Of a DNA stretch of 64,000 bases, positions 10,900 to 19,727 are shown in pieces. Numbering within the stretch: the first letter of the stretch is position 1; every line of letters starts with the position of its first letter. This DNA comes from Candidatus Omnitrophota bacterium (GTDB lineage: Bacteria; Ratteibacteria; UBA8468; MWAK01), in the NCBI GenBank assembly GCA_043826355.1, contig JBDRQI010000031.1:48403-112402 (forward strand). Direction: 5' to 3'. The translations under genes were made by a program, and so were the position numbers. The notes beneath the pieces were generated by a model that saw only the letters and a program-made list of their open reading frames with translations, made no database searches and had not been told where the DNA came from.

Positions 10900-11067
10900 A
10901 TGTTAAACGAAGATTACAAAGACATATTACAAATCTTCTCAAAAAACAGGGTTAAATTTCTTGTTGTCGGAGCCTATGCAATGGCTGCCCATGGATATCC
11001 AAGGGCAACAGGAAGACTGAAAGACAAAGCGGATGCAAATTCTCTCAAGAACATTCCACAACATTAA
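10900..11067 (+). pseudogene. Internally deleted nucleotidyltransferase-family gene
   Basis: MLNEDYKDIL...FLVVGAYAMAAHGYPRATG joined directly to a C-terminal RLKDKAD; the middle of the protein is missing. Confidence 0.6.
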
Positions 11068-11088
11068 AATCGACAAAACTGAACAGCC

Positions 11089-11379
11089 GGGTGGCATCGT
11101 GGACAACGTTAGAACCAGAATTCAACGGTCAAACGAGTATATTTACATACCAAATTTGGTGCTGCCGCAAGCTTAGATTCATCTTATCACAAATCTACCT
11201 TACCCCGCTACTCACTATTGTTTTACTTCAACATCGGGTAAAGTCACGCTGCCTCCACCACTCCGTGCTCTATTTGCTCCAGGTCTCCTCTGCCAACACA
11301 AGAACCCTTTTACTCCACCATCCAGGCGCAATTAGTTTTGACTGCTAACCTTGACCAAAGATTGATGGGGCGATAAGGT
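11089..11379 (+). repeat. Dispersed module copy B (att-like site, tail GGIVDNVRT..IYIPNLVLPQA*, boxes 1-2, promoter TTGACC-17-TAAGGT)
   Basis: 11210-11304 identical to 19079-19173; 5' part nearly identical to 16509-16580. Confidence 0.9.
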
Positions 11380-11465
11380 CGGGAGTATAATATGAAGAGA
11401 AAGGGTATCAGGCTAAAACATCTCTTTTTGATGGGCAAACGGAGGATGTCAGTCTCTTCTTCCTT

Positions 11466-12019
11466 ATGAAAAAGACGATCGGTTACGTAGTTCTTTTTCT
11501 GCTTCTGGTGGTGGCCGGTTTTTTATTTATAAGGCATTTGTGCCTTCCGCCGACTTTGAAACGGTTTACCGGATTTTTCGAATTGACCGCACCGAGGAAA
11601 TCAACCTTTATTTTACCCGGGATGAAATGGTTGTTCCGCTGGTAAGGAAAACACCCCGGTTCCGGTCTCTTGACGAAAAGGTTAAGAACGTAATAACTCT
11701 TCTCCTGGCTGGCCCGGATGAAACGGAAAAAGCAGCCGGTTACGATTCCGTCCTGCCCCAGGAAGCGCAGCTTCTGAGTGTTTTTATGGAAGAAGACACC
11801 GTCTTTTTAAATTTTTCCAAGCAGATTGATGAAGGCGGCGGGACGGAAATGATGCTGACCCGGTTGCGTCAAATTGTTTATACCGCCACCCAGTTTTCCG
11901 GGGTAGGTAAAGTCAGGTTTTTAATCAATGGACAAACGATCAAATATTTTAGCAGTGAGGGTTTGACCGAAGTTGAAGACCCCATTGGCCGTGCCGATTT
12001 GGAAATGGAGGAAAAATGA
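11466..12019 (+). CDS. GerMN (sporulation/germination) domain protein; frameshift in a T run near 11520
   Basis: LLLAGP, GGGTEM..RLRQIVYTATQF..V.FLING; the N-terminal TM segment lies one base out of frame. Confidence 0.75.
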
Positions 12020-12171
12020 AGAAGAATGAGCTTCTTTAAAAATTATCAAAACATTTAATGTGAAATAAAGATGAACATCAGCCACCCGCAGTAAACAGGC
12101 GGGTTTTTAAAATAAAGGAGAAGATGTTTTATTAAAACTATACGCTAAACGTTTCAAGCTATACGCTGATT

Positions 12172-13401
12172 ATGCAGAGGTTTGTGGTGAAAAAAAAGAT
12201 TATTTTTATAACAACCCTTGCTTTAATTATTTTTCTGCCTTTTTTATTCTTCAAAATAAGAAATGGAAAATTTATTAAATCGCAACATCAGGTGGTGGAA
12301 GGTTATATTTCCGAGGGAGATGTGCTTGGCGAGGTTCTGCTTGCCCAGAACATATCTCCAGCTGAGGTTTTTTCCATAACAAAGGAGTTGAAGAAGGTTT
12401 TGAACGTGCGGAGATGTAACATCGGTGACAGGTGGGAAATTTTTCTTGACAATGAAAAGAGGTTTGTAAAATTTATATATTACGACGGGCCTATTGATTT
12501 CTATGTTGTGAAGTTTGACAGGGATAAAAACACTTATCTGGCTTCTGCCCAAGAGATAGAGGCTGAAAGGAGGCTGAGAGGAGTGCGGGGGGAAATAAAA
12601 AGCTCCTTATACGAAAGCATGTCTTATGTTGATGTAAATCCTGAAATAATAATCCAGTTTGCCGAAATTTTCGCCTCCAAAATAGATTTTTTTAATGACT
12701 GCAGCACAGGAGACGGTTTTAATATTTTGTGGGAGTCATATTTTGATAACCAGGGTAATGTTCTTAAGGATGGAAGAATATCTGCGGCATCTTACAGCGT
12801 CGGGGACAGTACGCATTACGCTTTTTATTTTGAGCCTACTGAAGGTAAAAGCGGTTATTATGACGAGAAAGGAAAGAGTGTAGAATCGGCTTTTCTCAAG
12901 GCGCCCTTGAATTACAGGAGAATATCATCTCGTTTCACCCGCAGGAGGTTCCATCCCATACACAGGATTTACCGGCCCCATCTCGGCATTGACTATGCCG
13001 CTCCGGCAGGTACCCCTGTTTCTGCTTTAGGAGACGGGACTGTTAACTTTGCGGGACGGAGGCTGGACGGGTTCGGCATAACCGTTATCATGCGTCATCC
13101 CAACGGCTATGTTTCCTGGTACGGCCATCTTTCCAAAATAGCCAAAGGCATAAAAAGAGGGACAAGGGCAAGAAAAGGGCAGGTTATCGGCTACGTTGGA
13201 GCAACAGGTGATGCAACAGGACCGCACCTGGATTTTCGCATACAAAAAAACGGTAAGTTTATTAATTTCCTCACTCTGAAATTACCGCCTTTCTATCCTC
13301 TGGCAGATAAGTATCTGCCAGCATTCATGGAAACAAAGGATACGTTTATCAGCAGGATGGAATCCCTGAAGGGTACGAAACCCACGGTTTTCCTCAATTA
13401 A
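12172..13401 (+). CDS. M23 family peptidoglycan DD-endopeptidase
   Basis: HLGIDYAAP, YGHLS, ATGPHLDF. Confidence 0.9.
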   Translation: MQRFVVKKKIIFITTLALIIFLPFLFFKIRNGKFIKSQHQVVEGYISEGDVLGEVLLAQNISPAEVFSITKELKKVLNVRRCNIGDRWEIFLDNEKRFVKFIYYDGPIDFYVVKFDRDKNTYLASAQEIEAERRLRGVRGEIKSSLYESMSYVDVNPEIIIQFAEIFASKIDFFNDCSTGDGFNILWESYFDNQGNVLKDGRISAASYSVGDSTHYAFYFEPTEGKSGYYDEKGKSVESAFLKAPLNYRRISSRFTRRRFHPIHRIYRPHLGIDYAAPAGTPVSALGDGTVNFAGRRLDGFGITVIMRHPNGYVSWYGHLSKIAKGIKRGTRARKGQVIGYVGATGDATGPHLDFRIQKNGKFINFLTLKLPPFYPLADKYLPAFMETKDTFISRMESLKGTKPTVFLN

Positions 13402-13576
13402 TAACGGATTGAGTGGTGAGGATGGCTCTGCGTCAAATTTTACGGCTGGTTTTAACACAATATATAAAGGGGTCAGATCTGTTATTTTAGTAATAATAAC
13501 TCTGGCTCCTTCTTCATCTTAATAGCAAGAGGGGTTAGTACCCCGTTCCTTCAGAAAAAACTGTAGGGTTGTGGCT

Positions 13577-13870
13577 GGTGTGAAGATGAGAACATCTTTC
13601 GAACCCTTAATTGGTTAGAAAACATTCCCTATCCTGAGTTGATGTTATTGAAAATTAAGGAGTTATTGCAATTGCAGCCCAATCTTTAGAAGGAATACCC
13701 ATCCCCACCACCCAGCGTTCTATCTAATCCAGTCCCTCTGCCAACACAAGAAACCTTTTACCCCGTCACCCAGGCGCAATTAGCCTTAGTTTTAGGAAGT
13801 TGACCCCGAAACACAGGAAGAAGTAAAATCTGGAAGGAAAAACATTAACCAAGACAGGCAGCTCAACCCA
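13577..13870 (+). repeat. Dispersed module copy C (variant att-like site, tail ENIFRTLNW..PELMLLKIKELL, box 2, promoter TTGACC-18-TAAAAT)
   Basis: CTCTGCCAACACAAGAAACCTTTTA...CAGGCGCAATTAG shared with copy B; tail resembles the end of ORF 29017-29478. Confidence 0.75.
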
Positions 13871-13932
13871 AACAAGTTATTCTAACCTGACTGTTCAAGG
13901 ATAGGGGTTCACTTCATTTTTGGAACAAAGAG

Positions 13933-14799
13933 ATGAACAGAGAAAAGAAAATCGATACCAGAAAAATCGGTCTCAATATTGGCTCCATCCTGAACAGGTA
14001 CTTTTTAAAGTCCGAAGACCTTCACTATGGCTACTGGACCGATGATTTATCGTTAGAACTCTTCAATCTGGCTCGGGCACAGGAGCGCCATTCCGACTTT
14101 CTCATGACCAACATCCCAGAGACGGCAAAGACGATTCTTGATGTGGGATGCGGTAGCGGAAAACTCGCGGAGAGGTTGCTAAATAAGGGATACCGGGTTG
14201 ATTGCGTATCTCCCAGCCTCTTTTTTACAGAGCAGGCAAAAAAACTTTTGGGGGACAGGGCCCATATCTTTGAATGCCGGTACGAAAGACTGGAAACTGA
14301 AGATCGCTACGACCTGATTTTGTTCAGTGAGAGTTTTCAGTACGTTAAACTGGAAAAGGCAATTCAGAACTCCTTCCGGTTTTTGAATGAAGGGGGACAT
14401 CTTTTAATCTGTGACTTTTTTGCCACGGAGGCGAAAGGGAAGAGCAGTATCGGCGGGGGACACAAATTGGTCCGGTTCTACCATCAAATCGGCCGCTATC
14501 CATTTAAACTTGTTAAAGATATCGATATTACCAGGTACACCGCTCCCAATATTGACCTGGTCAATGGCTTGCTGATGAATGTCGGCTTACCAATCTGGAA
14601 TCTCGCTTCCAGTTTTTTGAAGAACAATCACCCATTCATTGCCAGATTTATCCGCTGGAAATACAAGAAAAAGATAGCAAAAATCAGGCAAAAATATTTA
14701 ACGGGAACGTGGAATGCGGCTCATTTTACAACTTACAAAACATATCGATTGCTCCTGTACCAAAAAACCGGAGTAAATTTACGCCAGGATAATGTGTAG
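13933..14799 (+). CDS. Class I SAM-dependent methyltransferase
   Basis: LHYGYW, ILDVGCGSG, FSESFQY. Confidence 0.85.
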   Translation: MNREKKIDTRKIGLNIGSILNRYFLKSEDLHYGYWTDDLSLELFNLARAQERHSDFLMTNIPETAKTILDVGCGSGKLAERLLNKGYRVDCVSPSLFFTEQAKKLLGDRAHIFECRYERLETEDRYDLILFSESFQYVKLEKAIQNSFRFLNEGGHLLICDFFATEAKGKSSIGGGHKLVRFYHQIGRYPFKLVKDIDITRYTAPNIDLVNGLLMNVGLPIWNLASSFLKNNHPFIARFIRWKYKKKIAKIRQKYLTGTWNAAHFTTYKTYRLLLYQKTGVNLRQDNV

Positions 14800-14870
14800 A
14801 ATAGGTAGGAACGCATAGGACCACATCTTTGGCAGTGGATACCCCGCCCCCTCGGCCGGGTATTTTACTA

Positions 14871-14987
14871 CCAGTCTCCACTGAGAACACAAGGAACCTT
14901 TTACCTCACCATGCCGTCGCAAGTAATTTTAACCACAAACCTTGACCGGATTCTGTTGGGGTGATAAGATTTGGGTGGTTTGGAAAA
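14871..14987 (+). repeat. Dispersed module copy D (box 2 plus promoter TTGACC-17-TAAGAT)
   Basis: AACACAAGGAACCTTTTA; 14965-14987 identical to 23765-23787. Confidence 0.75.
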
Positions 14988-15135
14988 ATAAGGCCTATTG
15001 CAAACTTAAATTAGGGTATTTTTGTCTACTTTTCCTGAAGACATACAAAATCAAAGCTATACCGGTGAAATGTGTGACCAACAATATGCTAGCGGGACTG
15101 CGTGTCCCTAATTTGGATGGAGGAGGGTACATAAA

Positions 15136-15993
15136 ATGAAGAGATTGTGGAAATGCGGTGGGATTGCTGTGTTAATTGTTGTATTAGGATTAACTTACGC
15201 GTATTTGACATATGCTGATGAAATTCCAACGACTGATTTCATTAAAGCATCTTTGCAGATGCAAGAAGAAAGAAGCAGCCCTGGTTTATCTGCAGCATGG
15301 GAGGTTAGAGTTTTACGCGACGGCAAAGAAATTCCCTCATTTTTGGTTAAAAAACAATACATCCGAACCCCGTCGGTATTCTATTTAAAAACAAGAATAT
15401 TTAAAAACAACGAAGAACTTTTTGTAAGAGAATTTCGTTATGAAAGAAATACCGATACTTTTAAAATTTTGGAAACACAGGTTTCCACGGGAAACAAAAC
15501 GGGTGTTATCGGAAGTGGAATCCCAAGCGAATTCCTTCACAGAAGTTTTGTCGATCCACTTTATATTGCTACAATTTGGGATAATCAATTAATTAGTTTA
15601 TTCAAAACCAGTGGCAAGATTAAAGTACTGGGAGACACAAAAAGCATAGATGGATATATATGTTTGGCTGTGCAACAAATTGGAGAACCTTGCAAAATTT
15701 GGTTAGATTCAAATATTAGTTTTTGCCCTAGACTAATTGAAATTAATCAAGGAAACGAAAGAGAGGAAAGTATTTCTATCAAAGAATATAAGGAAATCAT
15801 CCGGGATGTCTGGTTTCCTATGTTTGTGAAAACAGAAGCAAAAGAAAAAGATAGTACCCTTACAAATCTAATCACAGTAACATCCGTCTCTGCAGGAAAA
15901 GTAATTCCAGAAGAAAATCTCGCAATAAATTTCCCCCCAGGGACCACAATAAGGGATAAAGATACAGATTTGATATTTGAATTTCCACAGTGA
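15136..15993 (+). CDS. Secreted or membrane-anchored hypothetical protein
   Basis: GGAGG RBS, N-terminal hydrophobic segment, AT-rich. Confidence 0.7.
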   Translation: MKRLWKCGGIAVLIVVLGLTYAYLTYADEIPTTDFIKASLQMQEERSSPGLSAAWEVRVLRDGKEIPSFLVKKQYIRTPSVFYLKTRIFKNNEELFVREFRYERNTDTFKILETQVSTGNKTGVIGSGIPSEFLHRSFVDPLYIATIWDNQLISLFKTSGKIKVLGDTKSIDGYICLAVQQIGEPCKIWLDSNISFCPRLIEINQGNEREESISIKEYKEIIRDVWFPMFVKTEAKEKDSTLTNLITVTSVSAGKVIPEENLAINFPPGTTIRDKDTDLIFEFPQ

Positions 15994-16039
15994 AGTTGTA
16001 TGTCTTCAGAGCTTAGGCTCGATCTTTAGATAGAGACCC

Positions 16040-16484
16040 CTAAGAAATTTTAACTGACGAAGAGACAGTAAGAAGAGTACTGTGCAGTCTGCTCAAAAAT
16101 GAAGGTTTTGAAGTAATAGAGGCCGAAGATGGAAGAGCGGGTGTAGAGCTTGCGAAAAAAGAGGACCCGGACGTGATACTCATGGATTTAACGATGCCGG
16201 TTATGAATGGATTAAAAGCGTGCCAGCTGCTTAAGGAAGATAAAAAGACAAAAAACATTCCGGTTCTTGTAATAACAACGGCAGCCGGTGAAAGCAAGAT
16301 GGAAGCGATAGATGCCGGGATAGATGATTTCGTGGATAAGCCTTTTGATTCAGAAGAAATTTCCATCAGGATAAAATCGATGCTGAAGATAAAGAAGCTC
16401 ACGAATGAATTGGAAAGACTTTATGTGTATGTTGAAGATATTAATAAACAACGGAAGGATAAACTTCAGGAAAATAAACCTTAA
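16040..16484 (+). pseudogene. Response regulator receiver gene with a degraded 5' end
   Basis: DEETVRRVL..EAEDG..PDVILMDLTMPVMNG..FVDKPF; no in-frame start before the receiver. Confidence 0.65.
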
Positions 16485-16508
16485 CCAAATCTTACCAAAA
16501 ACCCCGCC

Positions 16509-16860
16509 GGGTGGCATCGTGAACAACGTTAGAACCATACTTCAGCGGTCAAATGAGGTAATTTACATACCAAATTTAGCGCCACAAGCCTAGTTTGGCT
16601 TAATTGTAGAAGTTTACCCTACCGTGCTATTCACTATTGTTTTACTTCAACATCGGGTAAAGGCACATCCCCCAAACCCGCGCTTTGTTTGATCCGGACC
16701 CCTGCCAACACAAGAAACCTTTTCTGGTAAGTACCCACCCCTGGTCGCAATTGGTTTATTCCCGCACGAAGGTTGACCTCGGAATGCAGAAAGAAGTACA
16801 ATCAGGAAGGAAGAAAAATTACCCAAAACAGCAGCCCGAATCAACCCCAGACTGCAAACT
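16509..16860 (+). repeat. Dispersed module copy E (att-like site, tail GGIVNNVRT..IYIPNLAPQA*, boxes 1-2, promoter TTGACC-18-TACAAT)
   Basis: Homologous to copies B and F, and to 43917-44010. Confidence 0.88.
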
Positions 16861-16939
16861 AAAAATCAGGCGATTGTTTCCACTAAATTAGACACATTAG
16901 AGGGAATATGTTTAGAAAAATATAAACGGAGGTAATTCT

Positions 16940-17479
16940 ATGATGCCTATCGGTCCTTTAATGAAAGAGCATCGGGTTATTGAACGCATGATTAAATTAA
17001 TGAAAGAGGAGTCGCGCAGAATAGAAGAGAAAAAGGAAGCAGATGTAGGTTTCATTGATAAGGCGATAGACTTCATCAGGAGTTACGCGGACCGATGCCA
17101 CCACGGGAAGGAAGAAGGCATACTTTTCAGAAATTTGCTGAAGAAAAGCCTTTCGGCAGAACATAAACAAACCATAGATGAATTGATTAAAGAGCATGTT
17201 TACGGAAGAAAGATGACTCAAAGCCTTGCCGAAGCCAGAGAAAGTTACACCAAAGGCAATAAAGAAGCACTGAATGATATAAAAACTTTCATGCAGACAT
17301 TAGCTGAATTTTATCCCCGGCACATTGAAAAAGAAGATAAGCGTTTTTTCCTGCCAGTGATGAATTATTTCAATAAAGAAGAACAGAGTTTTATGCTGGA
17401 TGAATTCTTGGAGTTTGATCAAAACCTTGTTCACGAAAAATATAAATCTCTGATAAAGGATATGCAGAGTAAGAAGTGA
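16940..17479 (+). CDS. Hemerythrin HHE domain protein
   Basis: LMKEH, HHGKEE, EH..GR, HIEKED. Confidence 0.85.
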   Translation: MMPIGPLMKEHRVIERMIKLMKEESRRIEEKKEADVGFIDKAIDFIRSYADRCHHGKEEGILFRNLLKKSLSAEHKQTIDELIKEHVYGRKMTQSLAEARESYTKGNKEALNDIKTFMQTLAEFYPRHIEKEDKRFFLPVMNYFNKEEQSFMLDEFLEFDQNLVHEKYKSLIKDMQSKK

Positions 17480-17894
17480 GTGCCAAGAGTAAATTTTCTG
17501 CGTTTCATACAAACTGCACATCTTCAGCCGCCATTAAAAGAAAAGGGTAATTTCTTAGGTTTTTGATCTTGGTTCGGGTGGATTGGGAAGTTACAAAGAA
17601 ATTTTCTCGGAAAGAAAACACGATACCGAACAAAATACTTACCTTGCCAAAAACCCGCAGGGTGGCTGGGGGGAACAAATTCAAACCGCCCTGGCGATGA
17701 AACCACTGTTCTTTATTAAGGTACAAACTCTGCTAAACCATTGTGCTGCTTAGATTTACAATTAAAAAAGAACCTTACTACACTGAGGGAAAAACACCAG
17801 ATTTCCCGGGTTACATCATTAAACCTGTCTGGCGACAAAACCCCCAATTTTCTGGCAAGATGGGTATCAAAGTCTTATCCCCTCATGGAATTTG

Positions 17895-18881
17895 TCAAGA
17901 GCGAAGATCTGAATCCGTTTCTTTATTTGCCGGCGCGGGCGGCTCCTCCTGATCGCCTTTCAACCCGTGCGCAACGTTCAGTAGCCGATTTGCTACGTCT
18001 CTCAGTACGTCGGACGAAGCATACTGGGCGTTACTTATTACGAGCCACGTCAAGATGGAATCCGGCCGAAAGTGACGAATCGGCTTTCCCGAAGTCGTCA
18101 AGATCGCTGAACGACGAACTCTGATCATGGCAGGAACCCTTGCAAACAGCAAAAAACCGAGAATTGAGTTCGTCAAGAGTGATTTGATCCTCGGCGCAAT
18201 CGACATCTCCAGCGCGCTAGAGACAAAACCCTCAGCTGCTGCTCCCGAGTCATTTTCAAGAAGCGTTCCCGCGGGACGAACAAGCACCGAGCAGTCAACC
18301 GCGATGATACCGTAGCGTCCTTGACGGCTCGGATGCTCGATCTGAGCCCGGGCTTCCGCCGTCCGCTCTCCAAGCGCTGCATGGGACCGTGGACGCTTGC
18401 ACTCGATGTCGAGGAACGTACCGTTCCATCGAAACGTGACGTCCGCCTCAGATGAGCAATTCGCATCATGGGCATTGATGCCGTCCACGGTAACGACCGG
18501 AACGCCAGCTGCCAAGAGCCAACCAGCCACAAGATAGTTGAATGCGTCGTTTCGAGGCCGGTTGCTCGAAGTCGCTGGATTCTCTTCTTCTCGCAGCAAC
18601 GGCCCCTTGCCAAGAACCACTCGCATCCTTTCGGCTATCCCTGGAAATTTGGTGACACTGGCTTTCCAGAGTACGAACAGATCGACAATCTCACAACTTT
18701 CGCCGTAGGCCAGGATGTGCTGGGGAGAACGTAGATCATCCTCAAAAAACTCTCGGATCAACTTGCCATACCGAGCGCCTCTACCTCTATCTATCCCAAA
18801 CCAGGCGCATGCCTTAGCCAACAGGGTCATCTGCTCGGTGTATCGCATCTTCCTGAAGACTGGCCCGAGATCCACCTTCAA
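17895..18881 (-). CDS. Hypothetical protein with a PD-(D/E)XK-like motif, probably integron-cassette derived
   Basis: EADVTF...IECKRP; attC-like half site upstream. Confidence 0.65.
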   Translation of the reverse strand: MKVDLGPVFRKMRYTEQMTLLAKACAWFGIDRGRGARYGKLIREFFEDDLRSPQHILAYGESCEIVDLFVLWKASVTKFPGIAERMRVVLGKGPLLREEENPATSSNRPRNDAFNYLVAGWLLAAGVPVVTVDGINAHDANCSSEADVTFRWNGTFLDIECKRPRSHAALGERTAEARAQIEHPSRQGRYGIIAVDCSVLVRPAGTLLENDSGAAAEGFVSSALEMSIAPRIKSLLTNSILGFLLFARVPAMIRVRRSAILTTSGKPIRHFRPDSILTWLVISNAQYASSDVLRDVANRLLNVAHGLKGDQEEPPAPANKETDSDLRS

Positions 18882-19022
18882 CTCCCTTCATTCATTTATC
18901 CAACACCGGACTGACCGCTCCGCTAGGAGCGAACCCGTTCGAACTCTCTTGTTGGCACTCCCCGAATCAGCGCACAGCGTGCCGCCAACGTCACGCATCA
19001 CCCGCGCCGCGAAGCTGTATCT

Positions 19023-19247
19023 CAGACTTAGCGCCAAAAGATTAAATTCATCTTATCATAAATCTACCCTACCCTGCCACTCACTATTGTTTTACTTCAA
19101 CATCGGGTAAAGTCACGCTGCCTCCACCACTCCGTGCTCTATTTGCTCCAGGTCTCCTCTGCCAACACAAGAAATTTTTACCCCACCATCCAGTCGCAAT
19201 TAGTTTTTTCCCCATTACTTGACCATATCCCGGCGGGATGATAAGAT
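19023..19247 (+). repeat. Dispersed module copy F (boxes 1-2, promoter TTGACC-17-TAAGAT)
   Basis: 95-bp identity to copy B. Confidence 0.9.
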
Positions 19248-19286
19248 TTAGTTTACCGGCACGCCAATATTTATCGATAAAATCCC

Positions 19287-19715
19287 ATGTTTTACAAGGT
19301 TCTTGCAGATATAGTCGTCTTTTTGCACTTTCTCTGGATTATATTTATCTTAATGGGTTTTATCCTTACCCTGGCTGGTTTCTTTCGGAAAAGATTCTTC
19401 GAAAAATGGTTATTCCGTTCGTTCCACCTGGCCGGCATTATCTATGTTTCTATCCTGGCTGTCTCGGGCAAGTACTGTCCCCTGACAATCCTGGAAAATA
19501 TCCTGAGGAGCAAATACAGCCCTTCTCTCGTCTACCCGGGTTCTTTTATCGCCCGGCATCTTGAAAAATTAGTCTATCCCGATATTGTTACCGTAATAAT
19601 ATACGTGCCTCTGTTTTTCATCACCCTTTTTACCATGGCAATTTTTATTCTCAAGCCTCCTGGGAAGACAAAAGATTATCTTCTTAAATATTCCGGAAGG
19701 CCTGAAAAGAGATGA
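19287..19715 (+). CDS. DUF2784-like membrane protein
   Basis: LAD.VV.LH, CPLTILEN, GSFI. Confidence 0.75.
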   Translation: MFYKVLADIVVFLHFLWIIFILMGFILTLAGFFRKRFFEKWLFRSFHLAGIIYVSILAVSGKYCPLTILENILRSKYSPSLVYPGSFIARHLEKLVYPDIVTVIIYVPLFFITLFTMAIFILKPPGKTKDYLLKYSGRPEKR

Positions 19716-19727
19716 GTTGACCCCAAT

